Shown: in pieces, positions 9,673-19,034 of the stretch
Layout: every line of letters starts with the position of its first letter
Numbering within the stretch: position 1 is the first letter of the stretch
Source of the DNA: a virus
Lineage: Duplodnaviria; Caudoviricetes
Reading direction: 5' to 3' (one strand)
DNA length: 64,000 nt
IMG/VR virus record: IMGVR_UViG_2791355224_000001
Location: 1-64,000 of that record
Notes under the pieces: model-generated
The model's input: the letters and a program-made list of their open reading frames with translations, nothing else
Databases searched by the model: none
What the model was told of the DNA's origin: nothing
Program-made: the position numbers and the translations under genes

Positions 9673-10072
9673 AGATGCTTTTGGCTCCCTTGCTTCTCTT
9701 GTGAATACGGCAATGTCGGCACACACCAAACAGGCCCTGAGCGGCACGGGAGCTGTGCTGGGAACGATAACCGCCGGGGGGCTTAAGCTTGATGATTTCA
9801 AACATGAGATCCCAGAATATCTGGTGGCTGAGCTTCCGGGAACATTAAAGCTCCCGGATTTTGCGATTTCCGGCTCCGTGGAGGGGCTTCGGGATAGTAC
9901 GGGCGGGGGGATTGATGGTCAGGGGAAGTTTCAATTTGCCAAGACGGACATTGAGAAGACGCTTTTAGATGTGAAAAAAGGCTTTCAGCCGGGCGACCGC
10001 GTCCTCGCTTTTCGCCTGAACGGCGGGCAGGATGTGGTGGTGCTGTGTAAGGTGGTGAATGGACATGCCTAA
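9665..10072 (+). CDS. baseplate spike-like protein (XkdR/DUF2577-like)
   Basis: GFQPGDRVL...GGQDVVVLCKV C-terminus; synteny. Confidence 0.7.
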   Translation: MSEDAFGSLASLVNTAMSAHTKQALSGTGAVLGTITAGGLKLDDFKHEIPEYLVAELPGTLKLPDFAISGSVEGLRDSTGGGIDGQGKFQFAKTDIEKTLLDVKKGFQPGDRVLAFRLNGGQDVVVLCKVVNGHA

Positions 10073-10520
10073 TCTTTTTCCGTTAGAGAGTGAGTTCACG
10101 GAAAATGAAGCTGTGGAAGGATCTGCTGACGACAACGTGATGTTCGGCCGCAGCTGGAGATTTGATTATGAAGCCGGGGAGTTTATTATGACTCCGACTG
10201 GCAAATTAGCCGTGGCGGATGAGCAGGAAGCTTGGATTCAGTGGTGTATGAAGGTGATCCGTACGCCGAGGTATCGTTATCTCGTGTATTCCCGCGACTA
10301 CGGCCATGAGCTGGAGGATTTGATCGGCTCTGGCGTGTCGCGAGCGGTCTATGAAAGCGAGATTCAGCGCATGATTGCTGAGGCGCTGATGACCGACAGC
10401 CGAACTGAGCGAGTGGATGGTTTTGCGTTCACTTGGTCTGGTGGGACATGCTCGTTCACCTGTAAGGTGTCCAGTGTAAGGGATGAGCAGGTGACTTTAC
10501 AAGGAAGTGTGGTGATCTAA
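10065..10520 (+). CDS. xkdS: baseplate gp25/W-like protein (XkdS/DUF2634)
   Basis: WRFDYEAGEF, TPRYRYLVYSRDYGHELEDLIG, EIQRMIAEAL..D.R. Confidence 0.85.
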   Translation: MPNLFPLESEFTENEAVEGSADDNVMFGRSWRFDYEAGEFIMTPTGKLAVADEQEAWIQWCMKVIRTPRYRYLVYSRDYGHELEDLIGSGVSRAVYESEIQRMIAEALMTDSRTERVDGFAFTWSGGTCSFTCKVSSVRDEQVTLQGSVVI

Positions 10521-11638
10521 TGGCAGAGCTGCCTTTATATTTGGAGGATCAGACTGAAGAAGAAATTATGCGGCGGATGCTCGCACGGGTGCCCTCTGAT
10601 TTGGACAAATCGGAGGGTTCTTTTATGTGGGATGCCGCGGCTCCTGCAGCGTTTATGCTGAGTGAAGCTGCGGTATGGGCACAGCAGGTGCTTGAGCGCG
10701 GGTTCGCTCAGACGGCCTACGGTGAATACCTAGACTTGCGCTGTGCGGAGCACGGGGTGGTCCGGCGTGAGGCGGTGGCAGCAAGGGGTGAGGTGACTTT
10801 TACCGGGAAGCCGGGGACACTAGTGGCTGAAGGGACGGTCGTCGCAACCCCGGCGGATGAGTTGTCACGCGAGGTGTCTATTGAATTTGCGACTGCGGCG
10901 GATGCGGTCATTGGGGATGAGGGTATTTGCAAAATCAGCGTGCGGGCAGTAGCCGCTGGGAAAAACGGAAATGTTCCTGCGGGGACCATTACCGTGATGA
11001 CCACATCGCTTAGTGGGATCACTTCGGTGGTCAACGAAGCCGAAACCAAGGGAGGTGCGGACGTGGAATCCGACGCTTCGCTGCTGGAGCGGTTCTACGG
11101 CAAGGTCCGCAGTCCGGGTACAAGCGGGAACAAAGCCCAGTACACCCAATGGGCGTTCGATCAGCCCGGAGTTGGCGGCGTGCAGGTCCGTCCGCTCTGG
11201 AAAGGGCCGGGGACAGTTGGCATATATCTGCTGGATGTGGACAAAAGAGCCGCCAATACCGAGACGGTCGCTGCCGTTCAGAAGTATATTGATCCGTCCC
11301 AGGACGGTCAGGGACTTGGAGCCGCTCCGGCTGGTGCGGTGGTTACGGTAATGGCGGCGGAAGAGGTGCCTGTTAGCATCCGTGCGAAGCTTACGCTGGC
11401 TAGTGGAGCTTCACTCGGTTCGGTGAAGGCGATGATTGAGAAAGGCGTTCGCGAGTATTTGAAAACGGTGGCTTTTGCCGATCCGCTCGTCCGTTATACC
11501 CGCATTGCCGCTGTTCTGCTGGATCTCTCCGCTATCATCGACTACGCCGATCTGACGGTAAATGGCGTGAACAATACGAACCTGCAAATCTCACCGGGTC
11601 AGGTAGCGGTGCTGGGAACGGTGGATGTATATGAATGA
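10520..11638 (+). CDS. xkdT: baseplate J/gp47 wedge protein (XkdT-like)
   Basis: DKSEGSFMWD, AYGEYLD, GGADVESD, SGNKAQYTQWA, PLWKGPGTV. Confidence 0.93.
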   Translation: MAELPLYLEDQTEEEIMRRMLARVPSDLDKSEGSFMWDAAAPAAFMLSEAAVWAQQVLERGFAQTAYGEYLDLRCAEHGVVRREAVAARGEVTFTGKPGTLVAEGTVVATPADELSREVSIEFATAADAVIGDEGICKISVRAVAAGKNGNVPAGTITVMTTSLSGITSVVNEAETKGGADVESDASLLERFYGKVRSPGTSGNKAQYTQWAFDQPGVGGVQVRPLWKGPGTVGIYLLDVDKRAANTETVAAVQKYIDPSQDGQGLGAAPAGAVVTVMAAEEVPVSIRAKLTLASGASLGSVKAMIEKGVREYLKTVAFADPLVRYTRIAAVLLDLSAIIDYADLTVNGVNNTNLQISPGQVAVLGTVDVYE

Positions 11639-12197
11639 TTTTGCGATGAAGAGTAAGCGCGGGAAGGAAATGCTCTCCTTCCTGCCGGGGTATTACGAGA
11701 CATCCCGGGTGATGAAGGCGGACATGGATGCCAAGGGCGCGGAGCTGGACTCGCTTTATGCGGCGATGGACGAGACGCTGGATCAGTTTTTTGTGAAAAC
11801 AGCCACCTGGGGGCTGGGACGTTGGGAGGCTGAGCTCGGCATTCCTCCCGAACCGGGCAAGCCGGTCGAGCAGCGCCGAGCGCTGGTTGAGTCCCGGCTC
11901 CGCGGAGCCGGGAATTTCACCGGCCGCCTCGTGAAGAACGTGGCGGAATCGTATGACGGCGGGACGGTGAACGTGACGTTTGCGCCGGCGGAGTATTCTT
12001 TTACCATCCGGTTTGTGGACACGATTGGCATCCCGCCGAATCTGGAGGACCTGAAGGCTGTGATCGAGGAGATCAAGCCGGCGCATATGGCGGTGGAGTA
12101 TGAGTTCAGCTACCTGCTGATCCGCGACATTGAAGGGATTAAGACGCTAAATCAGCTGGAGAAAATCCCATTATCTAAATTTGCAGGAGGTGTTTGA
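11631..12197 (+). CDS. xkdU: baseplate/tail protein (XkdU/YmfQ, DUF2313)
   Basis: LDQFFVKTATWGLGRWEAELGI, IEEIKPAHM. Confidence 0.88.
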   Translation: MNDFAMKSKRGKEMLSFLPGYYETSRVMKADMDAKGAELDSLYAAMDETLDQFFVKTATWGLGRWEAELGIPPEPGKPVEQRRALVESRLRGAGNFTGRLVKNVAESYDGGTVNVTFAPAEYSFTIRFVDTIGIPPNLEDLKAVIEEIKPAHMAVEYEFSYLLIRDIEGIKTLNQLEKIPLSKFAGGV

Positions 12198-12198
12198 T

Positions 12199-13851
12199 TT
12201 GCCAAGCAGCACACCAAATCTAGGGTTGCATAAGAAGGACCCGGTAACAGATGGAAACGAGACGTTTAATATCAAGACCATGTTGAATGACAACTGGGAC
12301 AAGATCGATGCGGCGGTTGGTGGGATCAAGGTGGATATCCCTGACGCGAGCTTGACGAGGAAGGGGAAGGTTCAGCTGTCCAGCAGCACGAACGGGAGTA
12401 GTGAGAGTCTGGCCGCTACGGAGAAGGCGGTGAAGGTGGCGAAGGAAGAGGCGGCAGTGCAGTCTAAAGCCTACACCGACCAGCAAATCAATCTTGTAAC
12501 AGAAACAGGCATACCCAAATTGGTTAGCTATCCGCTTCTGGTGACAGCAACGACCGATAATCAGACTTCATTTGAGATTCCGCTCGATACCTTCGACTCA
12601 AACACAGATACGCTGCTAGTGTCGATAAACCGGGCGACTCTGGATGCTACGCAGTACACTGTTACGAATACAGTTCGGGAGGGTTCCGGGAAGGTGACTC
12701 AGCGGGCGAAGCTCAATTTGTCGGAAGGCATCTCGAAAACGTCCGAGGTCGCAATGGTTGTGCTTAAAAACGTGCCAATCGGTGCCGAAGGTGCGATTAA
12801 CGGTGCAGTGCTGGCTGAGGGCAGTGTGCCGATCAATCGAGTGAATGGGCTAAGCGAGCATTTTTCCGATTATGTAAGGCAACCAGCGTTTGCATCCACA
12901 ACGGGAACGTCTACGGCCTATGTAGTATCCTTGACGCCTGCTCCTGCAAGCATTCCGACAGGTTTCGGGGTAACGATCGTGCCACACGTGGATTGCGGAG
13001 CTAACCCAACGCTTAATATTAACGGACTAGGTGCGGTGGCGTTAAAAGACCAGAAGGGCGTTGCTTATACGGCCGGCAAACTTAAAGCGGGAATGCCGTA
13101 TACTTTCCGCAAGGTGGGTACGGATTTTTTGGCAGATAGCGCGGGCGGATCAGGTACCGCTATGGCGGGAGACGTTCGCGCGGGTAAGACAGCGGCTGTG
13201 GATACGGGGGATATTACGGGTGCGCTCATTACCCAGTCAGCTACCGCACAGACAATAACGCCTGGCACTACGGATATTGTTAAACCTGCGGGTATCTACG
13301 ATGGGACTATAACTGTAAAAGGAGAAACAAATCTAACTGCGGGAAATATTAAGAACGGGGTTACAATGTTTGGAATTGCTGGAACACTCAAACCGAGTGT
13401 TTATGGCACGACGCAGCCGACATACAGGTCAACTATTAGACTCCCCGCTAATCAGACATCTAATCAGTATAGTTCTGATATTGTGGTGTTCCCGGCTGGG
13501 ATTAGTACTATATCTTTAAGCAATAATGGTAGTTTGAATAATAATACAACAGTTTCGTCTGGAAGTGATAACACCTACTCAGGTTTATACTTGAAGTGGG
13601 GGGGGAGCTATAATCAATTGATCGAAGTTGCTGGCGGTTACCCAGTGGAAATTTTTTCCATTCAAATTGATTTGCCTGCAAAGGTTGCAAATGTAATTTA
13701 TCGGGTTGGTTCAAACTATGGAGTTAGAACGGTGTTAATTTCTCCTAGTACTGGGGCGATTAGCTTAGTACATGGGTACAAAAATTTGGATACTGTGTAT
13801 TCTTTTGATGTAGCAATTCGATTTGAGAATAGTTTTATCATTTACGCATAA
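12199..13851 (+). CDS. tail fibre protein 1
   Basis: TPNLGL...MLNDNWDKID N-terminus, DASLTRKGKVQLSS...AATEKAVK fibre repeat, NLTAGNIKNGVTMFGI; AT-rich C-terminal tip. Confidence 0.85.
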   Translation: MPSSTPNLGLHKKDPVTDGNETFNIKTMLNDNWDKIDAAVGGIKVDIPDASLTRKGKVQLSSSTNGSSESLAATEKAVKVAKEEAAVQSKAYTDQQINLVTETGIPKLVSYPLLVTATTDNQTSFEIPLDTFDSNTDTLLVSINRATLDATQYTVTNTVREGSGKVTQRAKLNLSEGISKTSEVAMVVLKNVPIGAEGAINGAVLAEGSVPINRVNGLSEHFSDYVRQPAFASTTGTSTAYVVSLTPAPASIPTGFGVTIVPHVDCGANPTLNINGLGAVALKDQKGVAYTAGKLKAGMPYTFRKVGTDFLADSAGGSGTAMAGDVRAGKTAAVDTGDITGALITQSATAQTITPGTTDIVKPAGIYDGTITVKGETNLTAGNIKNGVTMFGIAGTLKPSVYGTTQPTYRSTIRLPANQTSNQYSSDIVVFPAGISTISLSNNGSLNNNTTVSSGSDNTYSGLYLKWGGSYNQLIEVAGGYPVEIFSIQIDLPAKVANVIYRVGSNYGVRTVLISPSTGAISLVHGYKNLDTVYSFDVAIRFENSFIIYA

Positions 13852-13867
13852 AGGAGGTTATTTAGTT

Positions 13868-14085
13868 ATGAGACATGTAGCATACGAACTTATGAATGGG
13901 TCTGCAAATAAGGGAATGTTATCGCAATAATTACTAACGCTTATCCTGATCAACGAAATTGTACTATGATTATTTATCACGCGAGACGATAGGAAACCAA
14001 AGTGAATTCGTTGGTAAAGGAAAACACCAACTTGAAGCAAGCCGTAGCAGATCTCACTAGGACCCTTACTGCAATAATGAGCTGA
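13868..14085 (+). pseudogene. degenerate tail fibre chaperone
   Basis: AAGGAGG RBS + ATG, early stop, frameshift and internal TAG; remnant ends ENTNLKQAVADLTRTLTAIMS, similar to TELKQAIADLSMTMAAMMG of 14923-15297. Confidence 0.6.
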
Positions 14086-14106
14086 AGAAAGAGAGGATAA
14101 ATCCAA

Positions 14107-14913
14107 ATGACAAAACGAATTACTCTGCAAGAGATGGATGAGAGCACAGTTGCTCTAATTAAGACCGGCCTATTCGGGACAACGAACAATAGCGGTAACG
14201 CGTACTCAGTTACGGTATCATCGGATATTACGAAGCTTGAACCGGGATTGCCTATTCGAATACTTATCAACGTTGACAGCACCGGAGCACCAACGCTTAA
14301 TGTGAACGGTCTTGGTGCAAAACCGGTTCTTAAATCTAACGGCAATGCGGCAAACTTTAAATTGGGTGGGCTATACACGGTTGCTTGGAATGGCTCAACG
14401 GCTTTTATCTTACAGGGTGAAGGGGGGGAGTATGGAACGGCGACCGCTGCGGATGTCCTAGCTGGTAAGACAATTGGGACGGATTCGGGTATAGTATCAG
14501 GATCAATGGTCAATCAAGGCGCAAAAGTCTTAACGCCGTCAACTTCAAATGTTCCTATTCCGGCAGGTTATTATAATGGAAGTGGATATGTAGCTGCGTA
14601 TACACCGGGGAAGCGGTTTGCGCGCGGGATAGCAACGACAGATAGTTATAGTCATTTTGCTGTTACGGGATTAGCATTTAAACCAGGAACGATTATTTTT
14701 GAAATGGATTCAGTTGTTGGTTATGGGGCAGTGTTTAATGTCCATGCTATAACTAACTCGCCTACAGCGTCTCAGTCCATCATGGGATTTTATTACGAGG
14801 GGCATAATCCCTTTATTCATTATGTGGCACAATTTAACTCAAACGGGGCTGTAGGGATTGTAACCGGATGGGGTTCAATGATGAACGTTCGTTGGATGGC
14901 ATTTGAAGAGTAG
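14107..14913 (+). CDS. tail fibre protein 2 (lacks the N-terminal baseplate-attachment region)
   Basis: paralogous to the middle of fibre 1 (PTLNVNGLGAKP vs PTLNINGLGAVA; ATAADVLAGKT vs AMAGDVRAGKT); ends VRWMAFEE. Confidence 0.75.
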   Translation: MTKRITLQEMDESTVALIKTGLFGTTNNSGNAYSVTVSSDITKLEPGLPIRILINVDSTGAPTLNVNGLGAKPVLKSNGNAANFKLGGLYTVAWNGSTAFILQGEGGEYGTATAADVLAGKTIGTDSGIVSGSMVNQGAKVLTPSTSNVPIPAGYYNGSGYVAAYTPGKRFARGIATTDSYSHFAVTGLAFKPGTIIFEMDSVVGYGAVFNVHAITNSPTASQSIMGFYYEGHNPFIHYVAQFNSNGAVGIVTGWGSMMNVRWMAFEE

Positions 14914-14922
14914 GAGGGGAAG

Positions 14923-15297
14923 ATGAATATGCAAATAGGACGTAAAATTTACTTTGACAATCGAACCGGGGAAGTTCTTCAGGATACAGGCGAGCGCGAA
15001 GGTGATGTAATTGAAACAACTAAAGAACAGGATTTTGCTGTTTATAAATCGCTTAACGAGAGAATCTCTGAAACTGTTGGAATGCTTCAACTTGAATACG
15101 GCGAATACGCCCGAGATTTTGCAGAGGGATTCCTGGAGCGTATTGATCCAGTAACCAAAGAGCTTAAGTTTCGTTATTCTGACCCTAATCATCTCGGAGG
15201 AGTTACAGAGCCGCAGAAACCGCTGACAGAGCAGGTAACCGAACTCAAGCAAGCCATTGCGGATTTATCAATGACCATGGCAGCAATGATGGGCTAG
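14923..15297 (+). CDS. tail fibre assembly/chaperone protein
   Basis: IGRKIYFDNRTGEVLQDTGE.EG.V.ETT.EQDF motif typical after Paenibacillus fibres; coiled-coil C-terminus. Confidence 0.7.
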   Translation: MNMQIGRKIYFDNRTGEVLQDTGEREGDVIETTKEQDFAVYKSLNERISETVGMLQLEYGEYARDFAEGFLERIDPVTKELKFRYSDPNHLGGVTEPQKPLTEQVTELKQAIADLSMTMAAMMG

Positions 15298-15314
15298 GAA
15301 GGAGGTTAGAAATC

Positions 15315-15455
15315 ATGACTTTTACCAAGGATAGCGGGTTGGTTAAGGTATGGGTTGGCTTTGTTATGACGGGTGCGTACACTATCACACAGGTACCGAA
15401 GTTGTTTAATCTCAATGAAGTTGTCGCGGAAGTCGTTAACGGAACAGTGCAATAG
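15315..15455 (+). CDS. small XkdX/CD1375-like protein (46 aa, not in ORF track)
   Basis: AGGAGG RBS; MTFTKDSGLVKVWVGFVMTGAYTITQVPKLFNLNEVVAEVVNGTVQ. Confidence 0.7.
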   Translation: MTFTKDSGLVKVWVGFVMTGAYTITQVPKLFNLNEVVAEVVNGTVQ

Positions 15456-15465
15456 TAAACAGAGA

Positions 15466-15489
15466 CAGCGCCGCGAGGCGTATTTTTTT
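15466..15489 (+). terminator. intrinsic terminator after the fibre module
   Basis: CGCC-GCGA-GGCG hairpin followed by a T run. Confidence 0.65.
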
Positions 15490-15546
15490 CGCCCCCACCC
15501 GGGGGCACACCACCTAACTACCAATATTTAAGAGAGGGGCGAGAAG

Positions 15547-15831
15547 ATGGGGCAAGAAGAGATGAACAGTCTGAAGGATCTACTCCCACTCGCCGAGCGA
15601 TACGGCCTGGCCGTTGTGCTGTCGTTCATCCTGCTTCTCGTCGTTGTGGTCATCATCCGGATGATTATCCGGGGGGATCTGGTGCCGCGCAGTCTGTTGG
15701 ACAAGGCGGAGGAGGACCGGGACCGGCTGCAGGCCATCCTCGATAAGGAACGGGAGGGGTTCATGACACCGCTGCTGGAAGTGGTGAAGAACCTGAAGCA
15801 GCAGGACGGATCGGATCACAAGGGAGGGTAA
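15547..15831 (+). CDS. holin-like single-TM membrane protein
   Basis: hydrophobic GLAVVLSFILLLVVVVII followed by coiled coil; upstream of the endolysin. Confidence 0.6.
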   Translation: MGQEEMNSLKDLLPLAERYGLAVVLSFILLLVVVVIIRMIIRGDLVPRSLLDKAEEDRDRLQAILDKEREGFMTPLLEVVKNLKQQDGSDHKGG

Positions 15832-15834
15832 CAC

Positions 15835-16041
15835 GTGTTGAATCGTATTTTGCAGCGGCTTTTTTCGGCCCATCGTGAGAAAAACAGGGAACTGAACTAT
15901 GCGTCCAGCCGCATCAGCTTGACCATTGCCAGATACAAAAGCGCATCAAAGCAGCTTCAGACGGAAATCGGGCGCAGCCACTATGCTCATATTCCATCAC
16001 CAAATGCACCTCAAGAACTGCATTCGGACAGAGTTCACTAG
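15835..16041 (+). CDS. hypothetical lysis-region protein
   Basis: GGGAGG RBS + GTG start, 68 aa. Confidence 0.5.
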   Translation: MLNRILQRLFSAHREKNRELNYASSRISLTIARYKSASKQLQTEIGRSHYAHIPSPNAPQELHSDRVH

Positions 16042-16202
16042 TGCCTTTGTGCCCTCGATGTGTATTCTAGTCTGGCTTATAATTTTCGTGAAGATCGATC
16101 AGTCTAGAACACAACGTATATGCTCGACCACATTCTAACGAACACCCGTCGTTTAGTTCATATATTAACTATTTTCACGGTCTCAGAAAGGGGAGAGTTG
16201 AT

Positions 16203-17063
16203 ATGCAACCCCGCAGTCAAAACAGCGCCCAAGGCATTGACGTCAGTCATTACCAAGGCGTCATTGATTGGAACAAAGTGAAAGCGAGCGGCATAACGTT
16301 TGCCTTTATGAAGGCCAGTGAGGGCAAGTCCTATCGGGACAAGCGCTTCCTGGAAAATGTAAAAGGAGCCGCAGCCTCAGGCCTTCTCACCGGCCCGTAT
16401 CATTTTCTCAACGCCCGGACTCCTGAAGAGGCCGGAGTAGAAGCCCGGAATTTCGCCGCAGCCATTCAGGCAGCCGGAGGTCCGGGCTGTTTTGCACTTC
16501 CGCCGGTGCTCGACTACGAGAACAATCCCGGCGGCCTAGATGATGAGCAGATCACCGGGATCGCTCTCGCCTTCCTGCGCGAGATTGAGCAGCTGACCGG
16601 ACGTCGTCCGATGCTGTACACGGGGAATTCTTTTGCCGCCAAATTCGGCCCGGCCTTGTCAGGGTACAAGCTGTGGATTGCGAGATACAGCAGCAGTAAA
16701 GTGCCAAGCGATGTTCCTGCATGGACGAGATGGCATTTCTGGCAGACGAGCAGCAAGGGAAGCGTGCCTGGCATCCAAGGAAATGTGGACCTCAACGTAT
16801 ATGCCGGGACGGTGCAGGAGCTAAAGAATGAGTTTATTTTGCCAAAAGGAGATAATTCCATGCCTAATCCAAATAACAAGGATAAAGAATCACCGAACCC
16901 CTCTTCCCCAAGCAGTCCGGAACCTGTTCCCCAATGGAAAGAAGAAGGCCGCAAATGGCTGATCGCCAACGCGGGAATCCATGAGAACTGGAAGCCTGGG
17001 GACCATGTGGACATCGGGACACTTGGCACGATCCTGGCGAGACTGTACAATTCACCGAAATAA
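16203..17063 (+). CDS. GH25 muramidase (endolysin)
   Basis: GIDVSHYQG.IDW, FAFMKASEG, PPVLDYE, LWIARY, GNVDLN. Confidence 0.93.
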   Translation: MQPRSQNSAQGIDVSHYQGVIDWNKVKASGITFAFMKASEGKSYRDKRFLENVKGAAASGLLTGPYHFLNARTPEEAGVEARNFAAAIQAAGGPGCFALPPVLDYENNPGGLDDEQITGIALAFLREIEQLTGRRPMLYTGNSFAAKFGPALSGYKLWIARYSSSKVPSDVPAWTRWHFWQTSSKGSVPGIQGNVDLNVYAGTVQELKNEFILPKGDNSMPNPNNKDKESPNPSSPSSPEPVPQWKEEGRKWLIANAGIHENWKPGDHVDIGTLGTILARLYNSPK

Positions 17064-17076
17064 AGGAGCTGTCCAT

Positions 17077-17373
17077 ATGAATAATGAGATTTTAACGAAT
17101 GTCCTATCTTTTGCCTCGGTACTGGCTGTGTTTGTGCTGGCGCTGGTGCAGCTGGTCAAATCAACGATAGATATCCCCAAACGACTTATCCCCCTAAGCG
17201 GGCTAATCATCGGGCTGGTTATTGGGGCAGCCGCATATCCTTTTACAGAGCTGACGCTCGTGCTCAGGTTGTGGGCGGGAGGGCTTGCAGGGCTGTCGGC
17301 AACGGGATTGTTCGAACTCGCATTTAACAAAAGTAAGCCCACAGATCATACAAATTCAGCTGGCCGCCCTTAA
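17077..17373 (+). CDS. phage holin
   Basis: three TM segments, LWAGGLAGLSATGLFE; AAGGAG RBS. Confidence 0.85.
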   Translation: MNNEILTNVLSFASVLAVFVLALVQLVKSTIDIPKRLIPLSGLIIGLVIGAAAYPFTELTLVLRLWAGGLAGLSATGLFELAFNKSKPTDHTNSAGRP

Positions 17374-17544
17374 AAATAAACAAGCCATCCTTATAGGATG
17401 ACTTGACATTAACAATATAATAATTTGGGCTTGTCCAGGGAACTTTCCCACAAGTTTATTTTGGTCAAAGGGGCGTACACCCAGCCCACCGGGACTTCAA
17501 GGGCATATGGTAGGGTAAGTCAACTATCAAGGAGGAATTTACAA

Positions 17545-17847
17545 ATGACCAGTGTCGTTGGAGGTATGCCAGAAAAAAAACCAGGGCCGGCCTACACTTC
17601 CCCAAGTTACACCAGCCCTATGCCTAGCTATACCACTCCCCCTATACAGGTAACCGGTGTTGTATATGAGGGACACACCACCATGCAGAGTGTCCCTTAC
17701 CATCACCACCATCATCATTGCCCTCCGGTGCATGAAGCTCCGGTGTGTCACGCGCCTGCACCAGTTTCGTCCCCTTGGAACTCTACAGGCTACATTCTCG
17801 TCCTGTTCATCCTGCTGGTTATAATAACGCGGGGCGTGTGGGTTTAG
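17545..17847 (+). CDS. YjcZ/SscA-like sporulation protein with His/Pro-rich region
   Basis: C-terminal STGYILVLFILLVII motif; upstream CAC...CATATGGT resembles a sigmaK promoter. Confidence 0.75.
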   Translation: MTSVVGGMPEKKPGPAYTSPSYTSPMPSYTTPPIQVTGVVYEGHTTMQSVPYHHHHHHCPPVHEAPVCHAPAPVSSPWNSTGYILVLFILLVIITRGVWV

Positions 17848-17926
17848 AAGCCGCAGCCGTTACTGCGGTTGCTCATGAAGCGGGCCCTATCAGGCCCGCT
17901 TGGCTGTTTCTTTAAGGCGGCACAGA

Positions 17927-18712
17927 TCACAATCCCGATCTTTTGCTTTCATCGTGTGAGTCTTTAACTGGCTGAGCTTGCTTTTGGTGCTTCATCAACT
18001 CGCTGACGGTGACGCAGCGGTACCCGCGCTTTTGAATCTCTGGGAGAATAGCTTTTAACGCAGCGACCGTCTGCGTGCTGCCTTCCACATGGTCGTGCAT
18101 CAAAATAATGTCACCGCTGTGCAGATTATTAAGCACCTTATTAATAATGCGGTTCACGCCCGGTCTCGACCAATCTTTTGTATCCTGATGCCAGGACCAC
18201 AGTATAACCTGCATGCCTTTAGCGTGGCTGGAGTTCACGATGATGCTGTTATAGTAGCCTCCAGGAGGGCGGAACAGGGATGAGTGTTTTCCTATAGCAT
18301 TATATATGCTCTCCTCCGTCAGGGTGACTTCTTTGTCAAATAAACGGGCGGTATTTCCTGCGCTAAAATAAGTATGGTTATACGTGTGATTGCCAATCTC
18401 GTGTCCCTTGGCTGAGGCCGTCTTGACGAGCTCCGGGAACCGGCTGACCCGGTTGCCAATGACAAAAAAGGTCGCTTTGGCCTGATACTGGTCAAGCAGG
18501 TGGAGAATTGCCGGAGTCTGAGTGGGATCTGGCCCATCATCAAAAGTTAAAGCAACCACCTTATCATCTGTCGCCACTTCCCATACAATCTCTCCGCGGG
18601 GTTCATAATAATCTCTGCCCTTAGGTGCTCCCAGTGCGGCAGCAGGTGAAGCGCAGGAAAGTGATCCTGTGCCAAGCAGCAGGGCAAGCGCAAGGGTCTG
18701 CCATTTACGCAT
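17927..18712 (-). CDS. polysaccharide deacetylase (CE4/NodB) with signal peptide
   Basis: ALTFDDGP, ATFFVIG, HEIGNHTYNH, FRPPGG, IILMHD. Confidence 0.95.
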   Translation of the reverse strand: MRKWQTLALALLLGTGSLSCASPAAALGAPKGRDYYEPRGEIVWEVATDDKVVALTFDDGPDPTQTPAILHLLDQYQAKATFFVIGNRVSRFPELVKTASAKGHEIGNHTYNHTYFSAGNTARLFDKEVTLTEESIYNAIGKHSSLFRPPGGYYNSIIVNSSHAKGMQVILWSWHQDTKDWSRPGVNRIINKVLNNLHSGDIILMHDHVEGSTQTVAALKAILPEIQKRGYRCVTVSELMKHQKQAQPVKDSHDESKRSGL

Positions 18713-18934
18713 GATTGCCTCCTTCGTTAACCATAATCCGGTTTAGTATGTGAGGAAAGGGGGGATTCATGCATTTCTGGCAAAAATGCTGCGGGTGAGG
18801 TGGAAAAGCAAGTTGTAATTCACCGCCTAATCCGGTGCGCTTAATTTCTTTTATTGATAAGTTAGGATCACAATAAATTAAGATCGCCAACTTGCTAGCA
18901 AAAGCGATTTTTGAACTTCCTGACTAGGTTGGTG

Positions 18935-18964
18935 TTGACACGTATCTTAAAATCGTGTTATTAT
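18935..18964 (+). promoter_or_regulatory. sigmaA promoter of the tRNA gene
   Basis: TTGACA (18935) - 18 bp - TATTAT (18959) with extended TG. Confidence 0.75.
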
Positions 18965-18995
18965 CTAATTCGTTGCTGTAAGTTGGCGCATACGC

Positions 18996-19034
18996 GCCGG
19001 GGTGGCGGAATTGGCAGACGCACAGGACTTAAAA
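18996..19034 (+). tRNA. 5' half of tRNA-Leu(UAA), interrupted at the anticodon loop (attL)
   Basis: GCCGGGGTGGCGGAATTGGCAGACGCACAGGA-CTTAAAA matches acceptor 5' strand, D arm and anticodon 5' stem/loop; the expected TCCTG is replaced by CAAAAC. Confidence 0.88.

Noticed and set aside
12199-14913. Diversity-generating retroelement or invertase shufflon acting on the tail fibres
   Set aside because: No reverse transcriptase, no adenine-specific TR/VR pair, no invertase and no inverted cassettes were seen.
16141-16168. sigmaK-like promoter before the GH25 endolysin (AACA...CATATATT)
   Set aside because: Spacing is slightly short and the motif has low information content; not supportable without TSS data.
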